The notes under the pieces are model-generated. The model worked only from the letters and a program-made list of their open reading frames with translations, was not told the DNA's origin and ran no database searches. A stretch of DNA of 63,987 bases, the filler included, from Stramenopiles sp. TOSAG23-2 (taxonomy: Eukaryota): assembly GCA_900128395.1 (NCBI GenBank). It is 4 parts of 4 records of this genome, joined end to end, with 100 filler letters (N's around TTAATTAATTAA, not from the genome) between each part and the next. Parts side by side here need not be neighbours in the genome. Positions count along the whole stretch, not along the records: positions 1 to 16,647 come from LT649671.1; positions 16,748 to 33,360 come from LT649672.1; 2 more parts are not named here. One strand, written 5' to 3'. This document shows, piece after piece, positions 11,250-21,301 of the stretch. Every line of letters starts with the position of its first letter. Positions within the stretch are counted from its first letter, which is position 1. The position numbers and the translations under genes are program-made.

Positions 11250-14200
11250 ATGCCAAAACATTTTTCAGAAAATAATAATCCACCACCACCTCATATGAGG
11301 AATAGCAAAGGTGCTGGGGTACGTTTAGATCCTTTACCACCTGGCACAAAGGGACAAAATAATGATAAAATAAAGAAGAAGAAGAACGGTTCATCATCAC
11401 CGCGTGCATTACGTAGTTTTTTACGTAATTTTTTGTCAGATGATTTAGGTAGTTTTAAAACAGAAGTTGATTTACGAGAACATGCAAAAGATAGCGGCAC
11501 GGTAATACGTGATGTTACGGTACAAGAAGTTGCAAATATGAATCCTGACTTGCGGAGTTTAAGCTTAACAGGTTGCGTGGAAGTTAGCGATGTTGGTATC
11601 TGGGCGTTAGCACGTACCTGTACAGATATTAGGGAATTATATGTTGCCGGTTTGCCATTGGTAACACATGTAGGATTAAGAAGTTTATCACTTCGATGTC
11701 GTGGTATAGAAGTATTAGATTTGACCGGTTGTGAACGTGTTGATGATATGGGTTTAAAAGTATTAGCTGCTGGATGTTGGAATTTACAAACCTTGAAATT
11801 ACGTAATTGTGAGAAAGTAACAGATGTTGGTTTAATGGAAATAGCACGAATGTGTCCACATCTTAGAGAAGTAGATTTAACAGGTTGCCAACGTGTATGT
11901 GAGTATGGGGATAAATCACTCGTTGAATTTGGAAGAAATTGTCCCCAATTAGTTACATTAAATTTAGAAGGATGTCGTCATGTAGGTGATGGAGGTATAC
12001 GAGCATTAGCACGAGGATGTCCTCGATTGCAAACGTTAACGTTGTCTGGTTGTGATAGGTTGCAATCAGGCGCCGTGCGTGCACTGGCACGTGGTTGTCC
12101 TTTGTTAAAAAAATTGTATTTAAATGGATGTAAAAAAATTATGAATGGTGATCTTTGGTTTTTAATGCAAGCATGTAAGAAAATCAGGCAATTAGAATTG
12201 CAAGGTTGTGTAAATTTACATGCTAATGGCATGCATGCTTTATCTGAATGGGGTAATAAATTGACAGACTTATCCTTACGCGGATGTTTAAAAATAGATG
12301 GTACAGCTTGTTCTGCACTATCAGAAGGTTGTACGTCGTTACTCAGCTTAGATTTGTCCAATTGCCCACGTGTTGGGCAACAAGCAGTTACAGTATTGAC
12401 AGATAATTGCACGCGATTAGTTAGTTTAAATTTAACACGATGTCCAAAAATTGGTGAGACATATTTAAGGCAGAAAGCAAATGAATTGCCATTTGTTCAA
12501 TTAGCAGATACATTTAGAGGGTTCACTGGTTTACCAGATGCATTGGAAAAGATGAAACAAGCAGAACGTTTTCGAATTGAAACGGCTGCTGCACTTCGCA
12601 TTCAATCTGCATGGCGTGCATGTTTAGCAAGAGGCGGCGTTGCAGAATTAAGGCGATTGACTAAAATTAGTTGGGTCGTACCTCGCTTTCAAGCAATTTT
12701 TCGTGGTTATATTACTCGTAAACATTTGAAACGACAACGAGAATTAGAAGCAGAGGAAGAGGCAACAAGATTTGTACAAAGGATATGGCGTGGTTCAAGG
12801 GCACGTATAGTTTACCACGATATGCTAGTGCAACGTGAATTGTGGAGATTTAGAAATCGACAAGCAACGAAAATACAAAAAGTTTATAGAGGACATCGAG
12901 GAAGATTACATATTAAGAAATTACGTTTAGAAGCCATGGAAGTTGTGTTACGAAACATACGTTTGGAACGTATTAAACAAGTCGCAGCTGGGCGAATACA
13001 ATGTTGGATGCGTGGTATTTACGGCCGTGCAAAGTTCATGCGTGAATTGGAAGCTAGAAAGCGTGCTGCTGCATTTGAAATATTGAAACAGAAATCTAGT
13101 ACGAAAATACAAGCACAATGGAGAGCAAAAATGGCTCGGGAGGAAGCTGAAATCAGACGTGAACGCTTAAGACAATTGGCCAGGGAAGAACAAGCTGCTA
13201 GACAAATACAGCGTGTGTATCGTGGATATGTTGGTAGGCAAGAGGCAAAATATGCCAGGCAGGCACTTGAATATGAAAAGAAGATACAAGCAGTGTTAAA
13301 AATACAACGTTGTTGGCGCGGGGAGCGTGGCAGGCATTTATTTGCTATTTTAAAATCAGTAGCATTATTGCGCGCGCATGAGAAAAAAAATGCAGAAACG
13401 TTGCAAAGTTGGTGGAGAGGTATTGCTGGACGTAGAAATTTTCAAAAATATAAACAATTCGTTATGAATAAACGCCTGCGTTTAAAAGCCGTTTCTGATT
13501 TTCAACGTGTTTATAGAGGGCATAAAGGTAGGGAAGAAGCGGAGGTGAAACGAGCGTTACGAGCGATAGATCATCAAACCAGACCATTGTTTCATAAGAT
13601 TGAAATGTTAAATACAGATCGAAAAATGGTTATCGGGGATAAAAATCGAATGGAAGGATTTTTAAAAACATCGGAGAAAACAATTGCAGCGATTGAGGAG
13701 GAATTGAACGAAGTTATGCAAGTTAAAGGTGCCTTTTACGACTCTGAGAAAGTTACTGGCACGCTGCAGCGATTTAAAACGTCGTATTTGCAAACTGCAT
13801 TGAAAGCTACATTGGAGAATATTAAAGCACGTTCAGAAGTTGAAACAAGAGCATTGACACAAGTCTTGCGATCATTAAATGAATTAGACAAAGCTATACG
13901 CATACAAGAACGTAAATTGAAACCATTGTTACGCAATGTTGAATTCGATGTGAGAGAAAATAGACATAAACATTTACGTAGAGCGGTTCGTGATCGACAA
14001 CGTGGTGCAACGATGATGCAAAAATTATATCGTGGTCATCGTGTTCGCGAAGCTATATCACGTTGTGGTGGTGTCAACTATTGGATTGAAGCAGTTGATG
14101 ATGATGGTTTGCCATATTATTTCAATACATGGACACAAGAAAGGCAAGAGGAACGACCATATGAGATGGTCTTATTTGGCGATATTGGTGGAAAAGGCTC

Positions 14201-16022
14201 CAAAGCAGCAGGTACTGCATCTACTAAACCATCAGATGGCTCCACGTGGATTGAAGTATTTGATGAAGAAAGTGGCGCGCCATATTATGTCAATTCTGTT
14301 ACAAATGAATACCAATGGACCGTTCCAAAAGGGTTTGAAGATGCTGATTTGCTGGATAGACAAACCAATTGGTTGGAGCAAGATCATATGGCAATGCTAA
14401 CCGCCAGAGGGGGGCAAGGCTTGACACGAGCTGCCGGTCCATGGAGAGAAATGATCGATGAGGAAAGCGAACAGCCATATTATCAAAATCTACAAAATGG
14501 GGAATTTCAATGGGAAAAACCAATGGGCTTTGATCTAGAATGGTTGGTGTCGCAAGACATGATGGAAATGTCTAATAGGTCTGAATGGGGTAGAAAAGCT
14601 GGTCCATTTTCTGAATTATTTGATCCATTAACCAACACTACGTATTACTTTAACGAGCGGAGGGGAGATGCCGTGTACGATAAACCAGATGGCTTCGATC
14701 AACGATGGTTGGATCAACAAGACCAAGGAAGCTTAATTACAAATTCACAAATTTTAAGAGAAGCTATGGATTGGCAAGAATATGCAGATGATGCTACTGG
14801 GGCAATTTATTATTATAATAAAAAATCGGGTGAAACTGTATGGGAGCCACCACGATATTTTAGCCATAAATGGTTACTAGATGCAGATTTAGTGCAATTA
14901 TCAGCAAGGTCACAACGTCGTATGGACGCTGGCTTATGGTCTGAATTCAAAGATGAAGAAAGTGGAACATTGTACTACATCAATAACGATACCGGTGAGC
15001 GACAAGATGCAAAACCAGATACGTTTATACAAGATTTCCTAGATGCACAAGATCCGGATAAACTTGAGGAAGAATCAACGCCCGGACGAGTTGGTGGACC
15101 ATTCACAGAAATGACACACGGTGCAACGGAGACAACATTTTATTTCCACTTTAAAACGAAAGAGGCGTTGTTTATTAAACCAGAAGATTTCGAAGATCAG
15201 CATAGGATGGGTACATTAAGAAGTGGCGGTAGAGTATTGGCAAGGCGCACGAGTGGTACTGGATGGACGGAATTAATGGATACGCGCACTGGAAATGCAT
15301 ATTATCACAACCGTAGTACACGATCGTATACGTGGGATAAACCAGCTGAGTTTGATGGAGCATGGTTGGATACACAAGATAAAAAGAAGCTTATTAAACG
15401 AAGTAAAAAAGGCGATAATATTGGAGATAAAGGTTGGAACATTATGTCAGATAAGGAAACCGATACTATTTATTATTATAATGAAGAATTGGATCAAGTG
15501 GCATCATCACTAAGTCCACGTACAGCGCATGGTATGCAAGATCCACCATCTGCATTGGGAGATCAAGGACGTGCGTTGGAAGATGGGGAAATACAATTGA
15601 AAGATGGTGGTGCTGATGGTGCGAAAGGAATATCAACGAATACAGGAGGTAACGATGCGTATGCAGAAGAAGAAGAAGAAGGTGGTGATGATGATGAAGC
15701 CGAATTGTTACAAAACCATGCAGTTGGTGATGATGTACCTGAATACTTGCGTAAAAAATTAGCTCAAATAAGTAAAGAATACGAAGCATATGATGGGCGT
15801 GCTGAACATGTTGTGTGGATGGAAGATTTCATAGATAAAGGGGAACATTTAAATGCATCTAGTGTAGCAGATCAAATATTACAAATGCAAGGTGAAGCAA
15901 GGACGAAACGTGGAGTAGAATTAGACGAAGATGCACCACCACCCCATAAAACGGAAGAGGAATTATGGCAAGAACAAGCATATGAAACGATGATGGCAGA
16001 AGAAAATGGTGAAGGGCAATAG
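11250..16022 (+). CDS. Large protein with Cys-containing LRRs (FBXL/AMN1 type), many IQ motifs, a coiled coil and tandem WW-like repeats
   Basis: 1590-aa ORF. LxLxGCxxVxD repeats at the N-terminus, about a dozen IQxxxRGxxxR motifs, and about 8 W...D...G..YYxN..T....W..P units at 14080-15500. Confidence 0.9.
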   Translation: MPKHFSENNNPPPPHMRNSKGAGVRLDPLPPGTKGQNNDKIKKKKNGSSSPRALRSFLRNFLSDDLGSFKTEVDLREHAKDSGTVIRDVTVQEVANMNPDLRSLSLTGCVEVSDVGIWALARTCTDIRELYVAGLPLVTHVGLRSLSLRCRGIEVLDLTGCERVDDMGLKVLAAGCWNLQTLKLRNCEKVTDVGLMEIARMCPHLREVDLTGCQRVCEYGDKSLVEFGRNCPQLVTLNLEGCRHVGDGGIRALARGCPRLQTLTLSGCDRLQSGAVRALARGCPLLKKLYLNGCKKIMNGDLWFLMQACKKIRQLELQGCVNLHANGMHALSEWGNKLTDLSLRGCLKIDGTACSALSEGCTSLLSLDLSNCPRVGQQAVTVLTDNCTRLVSLNLTRCPKIGETYLRQKANELPFVQLADTFRGFTGLPDALEKMKQAERFRIETAAALRIQSAWRACLARGGVAELRRLTKISWVVPRFQAIFRGYITRKHLKRQRELEAEEEATRFVQRIWRGSRARIVYHDMLVQRELWRFRNRQATKIQKVYRGHRGRLHIKKLRLEAMEVVLRNIRLERIKQVAAGRIQCWMRGIYGRAKFMRELEARKRAAAFEILKQKSSTKIQAQWRAKMAREEAEIRRERLRQLAREEQAARQIQRVYRGYVGRQEAKYARQALEYEKKIQAVLKIQRCWRGERGRHLFAILKSVALLRAHEKKNAETLQSWWRGIAGRRNFQKYKQFVMNKRLRLKAVSDFQRVYRGHKGREEAEVKRALRAIDHQTRPLFHKIEMLNTDRKMVIGDKNRMEGFLKTSEKTIAAIEEELNEVMQVKGAFYDSEKVTGTLQRFKTSYLQTALKATLENIKARSEVETRALTQVLRSLNELDKAIRIQERKLKPLLRNVEFDVRENRHKHLRRAVRDRQRGATMMQKLYRGHRVREAISRCGGVNYWIEAVDDDGLPYYFNTWTQERQEERPYEMVLFGDIGGKGSKAAGTASTKPSDGSTWIEVFDEESGAPYYVNSVTNEYQWTVPKGFEDADLLDRQTNWLEQDHMAMLTARGGQGLTRAAGPWREMIDEESEQPYYQNLQNGEFQWEKPMGFDLEWLVSQDMMEMSNRSEWGRKAGPFSELFDPLTNTTYYFNERRGDAVYDKPDGFDQRWLDQQDQGSLITNSQILREAMDWQEYADDATGAIYYYNKKSGETVWEPPRYFSHKWLLDADLVQLSARSQRRMDAGLWSEFKDEESGTLYYINNDTGERQDAKPDTFIQDFLDAQDPDKLEEESTPGRVGGPFTEMTHGATETTFYFHFKTKEALFIKPEDFEDQHRMGTLRSGGRVLARRTSGTGWTELMDTRTGNAYYHNRSTRSYTWDKPAEFDGAWLDTQDKKKLIKRSKKGDNIGDKGWNIMSDKETDTIYYYNEELDQVASSLSPRTAHGMQDPPSALGDQGRALEDGEIQLKDGGADGAKGISTNTGGNDAYAEEEEEGGDDDEAELLQNHAVGDDVPEYLRKKLAQISKEYEAYDGRAEHVVWMEDFIDKGEHLNASSVADQILQMQGEARTKRGVELDEDAPPPHKTEEELWQEQAYETMMAEENGEGQ

Positions 16023-16647
16023 AATGTGTGAGGAAGAGGAGAAGATATATATATATAATATATATACACATGTACACGAATATTAGTAGATATATATGAT
16101 TATACGTTTTAAAATATATATTATTTTTGATATTTTTTTGCATATATATATCATACCAGGCATAGTATAACGTTTTTAGTTTTTAATAATACTGTACTAC
16201 ATTAATAGCTATTTACACTTCTTAGTATACGTATACAATAATACATTACCTTATATATATATTATAATTCAACTTCAAACATAAGTACTATCTATTAAGT
16301 GCACAGAAAAAGAAACGCATACTGCATACATCACCAAGATTACTTTTTGATTCTTTAAAGATATGAGCATTAATGTTATAAATTTATATTTTTGCATAAA
16401 GATGATCTTGAACAACTATATACGAAGAGATAAATCGTTGTACTTGATGAAATTAACATAATAATTTCAAATTTCGTGTGTATTTGATGATTTTGGAAGC
16501 TAAAAGAGAGAGAAAGAGAACACGTGTGTGTGAAAACAGTTGTAAAGATTTAATATGGTAGAAAATATATTTTTTTTATCTAACATCTATTAATTTACGC
16601 TTATAATACATTTAAACTATCTCACGCACTCGTTCGCTCACACATAC

Positions 16648-16747
16648 NNNNNNNNNNNNNNNNNNNNNNNNNNNNNNNNNNNNNNNNNNNNTTAATTAAT
16701 TAANNNNNNNNNNNNNNNNNNNNNNNNNNNNNNNNNNNNNNNNNNNN
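16648..16747. other. Artificial contig linker (N44-TTAATTAATTAA-N44)
   Basis: 100-nt N run with a six-frame stop cassette; identical to the other two linkers. Confidence 0.97.
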
Positions 16748-16863
16748 GTAATATTCATTGCACCAACTTTTAAACGATCAAGAATATCTTCATCCTCTAC
16801 ATGTGTGTATAGATAGATAGATAGATAGAATATGAATGTAGAAAACAACGCGAAATAAACACG

Positions 16864-18375
16864 ATGGAAGTATCGGCGCCTGTAATACCAACTACAGATG
16901 ATTCATCAATGGAGGATGATGGAGAAAATCAAGAAAATATGAAGCATGTACAACAAGAAACATCTATAGGAACAACTACATTAACAAATAATAATAATAA
17001 TAATAATAATATGAATCAACCACTGATAAATTATAATAAAAGTAGTAATAATGCTATCCTAGATGATGTATGGGAAGAAAAATCAAACGCCAAAGGATTT
17101 ACATATTATGTAAATAAAGAAACTGGCGATACGGTATGGGAAAAACCTAATTCTCCAGCGAAATCTGAAAAGAAACAAACGGTGTGGGATGAATGGGCAC
17201 AAAATGGAATAAATCAAGAACAACCAACTTGGGAAAAATATTATGATGAAGTTTCTGGGCATGAATATTATCATAATCCATTAACTATGGAAAATTCATG
17301 GACATTACCCGCTGGTGCAAAAGCTGTGCCTGGTGTCACTGAAGCTGATATCAATACACATTTAGATCAAGCAGAACATTATCAATATCAACAAAAAGTT
17401 CAAAATTCCAAAAATAAATATATGAATAAAAAACAAAAAAAACAGAATAAAAGTAGTAGTAGGAAGAAAAAAAACAAGAATAATAATAGAAAAAATTGGC
17501 AAATGTTATATGATAAAGATGGTACGCCGTATTATTACAATTCAGTAACTGGAGAAAGCAATTGGGTCTTGGATGATGGTAATTTTCACAACAATAACAA
17601 CAATACCAATGCCACTAGTGGTGGTAGTAGTACTAGTAGTAGTGATAGTGATGATGCATCTTCCTACGATTCAGAGGTAGAGGAAACGTTTAATAATGTA
17701 GAGGATGAAGATATTCTTGATCGTTTAAAAGTTGGTGCAATGAATATTACAGCACAAGCTAGTGAATATGTTACAAAAATGAAACCACATGCAGTAGATT
17801 TAAGCAACAAAGCGTTAGGTGCAACCGTGGCTGGTGTATCTACTATGTGGGGTTGGATACAACGTGTAACATCGGAAGAAAATATTAAATGGGTTCAAGA
17901 AGGATCAAAACAAATGGTTGGTAATTTGCAAGATTGGGTAGATGAAGTTGTTGTTGATCCGAATGCTGGTATTGAACATTTAGTAGAACGGACATCAAAG
18001 CATGGGGAGGAAGGTGTTGAATGGATGTTAGGAAATGATGTAGATAAGGAAAATAGTGATAGCGATGACGATGATGATGATAGTGATGACAATGAAAACA
18101 ATTTAAATGGTATGAATGGAAAAAATGATGATAGTAATAGTAATAAGAAGAAACAAAAAGAATATAAAAGAATATCATTTGACCCATCTGAATTAGAACA
18201 ACGCAAAATGTCACCATCATCAGCAAATGTCGTATCGGTAGAAAAGGAAGCCGAAAAAGTAGCATTAGAACATGGAAATTTCCAAGCAAAAAAATTAGAA
18301 TCAACATTAGATAATTTAAGTGCAAACATTTTGAACCAGAAAAAACAAAAAAGTGCAACATCTCCTGTAAGTTGA
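16864..18375 (+). CDS. WW-domain protein (3 WW domains)
   Basis: 503-aa ORF: WEEK...YYVNKETGDTVWEKP, WEKY...YYHNPLTMENSWTLP, WQML...YYYNSVTGESNW. Confidence 0.85.
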   Translation: MEVSAPVIPTTDDSSMEDDGENQENMKHVQQETSIGTTTLTNNNNNNNNMNQPLINYNKSSNNAILDDVWEEKSNAKGFTYYVNKETGDTVWEKPNSPAKSEKKQTVWDEWAQNGINQEQPTWEKYYDEVSGHEYYHNPLTMENSWTLPAGAKAVPGVTEADINTHLDQAEHYQYQQKVQNSKNKYMNKKQKKQNKSSSRKKKNKNNNRKNWQMLYDKDGTPYYYNSVTGESNWVLDDGNFHNNNNNTNATSGGSSTSSSDSDDASSYDSEVEETFNNVEDEDILDRLKVGAMNITAQASEYVTKMKPHAVDLSNKALGATVAGVSTMWGWIQRVTSEENIKWVQEGSKQMVGNLQDWVDEVVVDPNAGIEHLVERTSKHGEEGVEWMLGNDVDKENSDSDDDDDDSDDNENNLNGMNGKNDDSNSNKKKQKEYKRISFDPSELEQRKMSPSSANVVSVEKEAEKVALEHGNFQAKKLESTLDNLSANILNQKKQKSATSPVS

Positions 18376-18489
18376 TCTCGGTGTTGATGATGATTTAGGA
18401 ACAAAAAGTACAATAATACACGTATGATATTATTATGATAATAAGAAGGAAAATAATGAGATGTAAACGATGACATAACGTACGAATAA

Positions 18490-18640
18490 TTAGAATGCAG
18501 ACGTGTGCATTAGAGCTTTAATTATGTACGAGTAGTATACGTAGGATTGACTATATATTTCTGAGATAGAGTATTGAGCATTAATATTTACCACACGAGG
18601 AAGTAAAATTATTACACGAATGACTTAGATTTTAACCAAT
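18490..18640 (-). repeat. Dispersed intergenic element, copy 1 (Helitron-like end or structured RNA)
   Basis: Reverse complement aligns in three ordered blocks with 53735-53897 and 45289-45479. Confidence 0.8.
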
Positions 18641-18765
18641 ACGCTTCGTTATCATTACGAGTATATAAAAATTAATGTGTATGATATCATACTTTTTTAA
18701 AATATTTTATAAAATGTGTGCGTGCGTCGTGTATAAATAATGCACATCACACTCTTCCCCCATTT

Positions 18766-19064
18766 TTACTGCCCAAAGATACCCCAACACTTTTTCTTCA
18801 AATCAGCTGTAGAACCTTTTGGGAAACAATCTTCATCCTTTAATGTACGATGTAAAGCTTCTGCTAATGCTACAACCAATGCTCCAGCAAACCATGCATA
18901 TCCAGGTTTACCGCGTGGTGCATAATAAGCATAAATATTCCCATAAAATAATGGAGCAATAATAACAGTCAATGCACGAATGTTACCAAATTTAGCAGAA
19001 TATTCTCCACGGCCCATACCACCAGCAACAGCTAAATCAGTTGCCATGGCCTATTTAATATTAG

Positions 19065-19100
<36 letters not shown>

Positions 19101-20409
19101 CTTGTGTTAGAATATTTATTGTATAAGAGCGTGTGTGTATGTATATACATATAGACAGATATAGATTGACAGCTCAACATAGAAACTATAGGGTCTACTT
19201 AAACACGGGTGCTGGTAGTTCTGCTGAAAAAAAGAAAAGAGCCCAATCGTGTCAAGAAGCTGGTGCAAGTTTAGCATCATAAGCTCCGCTTCACAAACAC
19301 GGTGCAGGTAGAAATAATCATGCAAATTTCAGAGCTGGCGTAAGTTTAGGATCATACGCTCCGCTTCACAAACACGGAGCAGGTAGAGAATGTATACTTA
19401 CACTTGTTGCTGCTCTACGTTCCATTGTTGGTAATAATAACAATAATCCTAACCACATATTGTAATAATTTTGTCCTGCCCCATACATTAAAAAACTAGC
19501 CATCGTCATCAAATTTGAAAATGTCGTATGTCCTCTATTACCAAAATAACCAATAGTTTGTTTTACTAATGGTCCACCAAACATCATGCATACACCAAAT
19601 GCTGTAACGAAATTTGCACGTTCCACTGGTACCATACCAACGTTTTCTGAACTGTAAATTTGCAACATATCTGATATATTTTTACCTTCTGGCATACATT
19701 GTAATACTGCTACAAGTACCATGGTACGTAAATTGCTTGGTCCTGTTAACAACGTTAAACAGGAAAATGGATTTGGAAAGGTCATTGGCTTTTCACTTCT
19801 ATTTTCTTTTTTCAACGTTTCCCCTACCATGAAATAATCAACTACAAATTGAATCAACCCAAAGATGGCACTTAATTGATACAAATTTTCTGGTGACCAA
19901 TTTCTAGTTAATAATCTGCCAGATATAAAACTTCCACACAATGCACCAATACCAGCTGCACTGCCTAAGTTACCAAATGCTTTTCCTAACTCTTGTCCTG
20001 AAAATATATCAGACAAACTTGCTGCGCAAGTTGTGGAACCACCTAAAGTTGTGAAAGCGCCATCTATTACGCGTTCCCATGCTAACGCTGCAAGAGATGG
20101 ATTAAATGCTACATACATTTTATTAATAAAATTAATAAATGGTGATATTAATAAGAAATTTCTTCTACCAAATTTATCTGAAAGTTGGCCAGCTACTGGA
20201 TTTAATAATAATTCCAGTGCACCAACACCTGCACTCATATATGACATAATACGTGCAACTTCCGATGCATTTCCTTTTAAATTCCTTGACATTAACATAG
20301 GACGTGCTTGTAACAACACGCATATACCAGTAATATTAGCCCACATATGAAAATACACCCATTTCGATTTGGATTTATTTGCAGTTTCCTCTTTTGATTG
20401 CACAGTCAT
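18766..20409 (-). CDS. MFS transporter (TetA/MFSD14 DHA1-like); exons 20409-19402 and 19050-18766
   Basis: Motif A GQLSDKFGRR. GTAAGT donor at 19401 and TAG acceptor at 19051 join ...RAATS|AMATDL... in frame. Confidence 0.9.
19051..19401 (-). other. Spliceosomal intron (351 nt) containing tandem 55-nt repeats
   Basis: GTAAGT...CTAAC (19110-19106)...TAG. Repeats at 19258-19312 and 19333-19387. Confidence 0.88.
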
Positions 20410-21301
20410 TGTAATAAACAAATGGTTTTGGGTCTCACTAGAAATCAAGAATAAATAAAGTAAGTAGTATCGAAAAATAATTTAATAAAAAAGTATCACA
20501 ACAAAATAGGCGTAATATTCTTTTTTCTTTATTTCACAAACAGTTATTGTGTATAATATTGTATAAATTCCTGTGTATGCATTTACAAGTTACTATTAAT
20601 TATCATTCATACATCATCATATATATACCAGAGCCGGAGAGGAGAGAGAGAGGTGTATTAATATATAGTCTATATTCTATTACCTGATAATATGTTCGAC
20701 TGAAAAAAAATTAGACTCATTTTATTTCTCACATACCACGTATAAGTGAAATAAGGTGCTTCAGCTTTGGCAAAGAGAATTTCTTGCTTTGGCTTTCTAT
20801 TGTGCTATTTACTGGATTAATGATATTCACTATGGGGAAAATATTCATCATTTTTTCTATATTTTCGGATAATTTTTTACAATTACATGAAAAATAAAAT
20901 TGGCATTTTAGAAAACAATTTATAGATATATTTTCCATAGTGAATAGTGTTATTGTGTTGAGCCCGGCCTCGTTGCATCATCAGATCTCCCAGATCTCTG
21001 GATCTCCTCTTCGCACCTTCCGGTTTCTCTTTTTTTAGGAAATTTTTATCATCTGAAAAGTGCAAAAAGAAGATACACAGTAGGCAAGCCCTGGGCAAGC
21101 GCAACATAGAATGAATTGTGATCAAATAATTTATATTATATATATTCAGTACAGAGTGTTAGACATAAATGCATTTATGTATATATATCGATAAATATTA
21201 AGAATATAGCATACTTTATAAGTATTACAGAAATAATACATTTTAACCACTTGGGTGTCTATAGCAACATCAAGAATACCATATATATATATATATATAA
21301 T

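Noticed and set aside
16692-16703. TTAATTAATTAA palindrome as a biological site
   Set aside because: It is embedded in N runs and identical at all three gaps, so it is an artificial stop linker.
14080-17570. Two neighbouring WW-domain genes as a functional cluster
   Set aside because: They lie on different contigs separated by an artificial linker.
19333-19356. TPP riboswitch in the MFS intron (TGATC...GCCAGC on the minus strand)
   Set aside because: No CUGAGA motif and P5 cannot pair; the resemblance is only partial.
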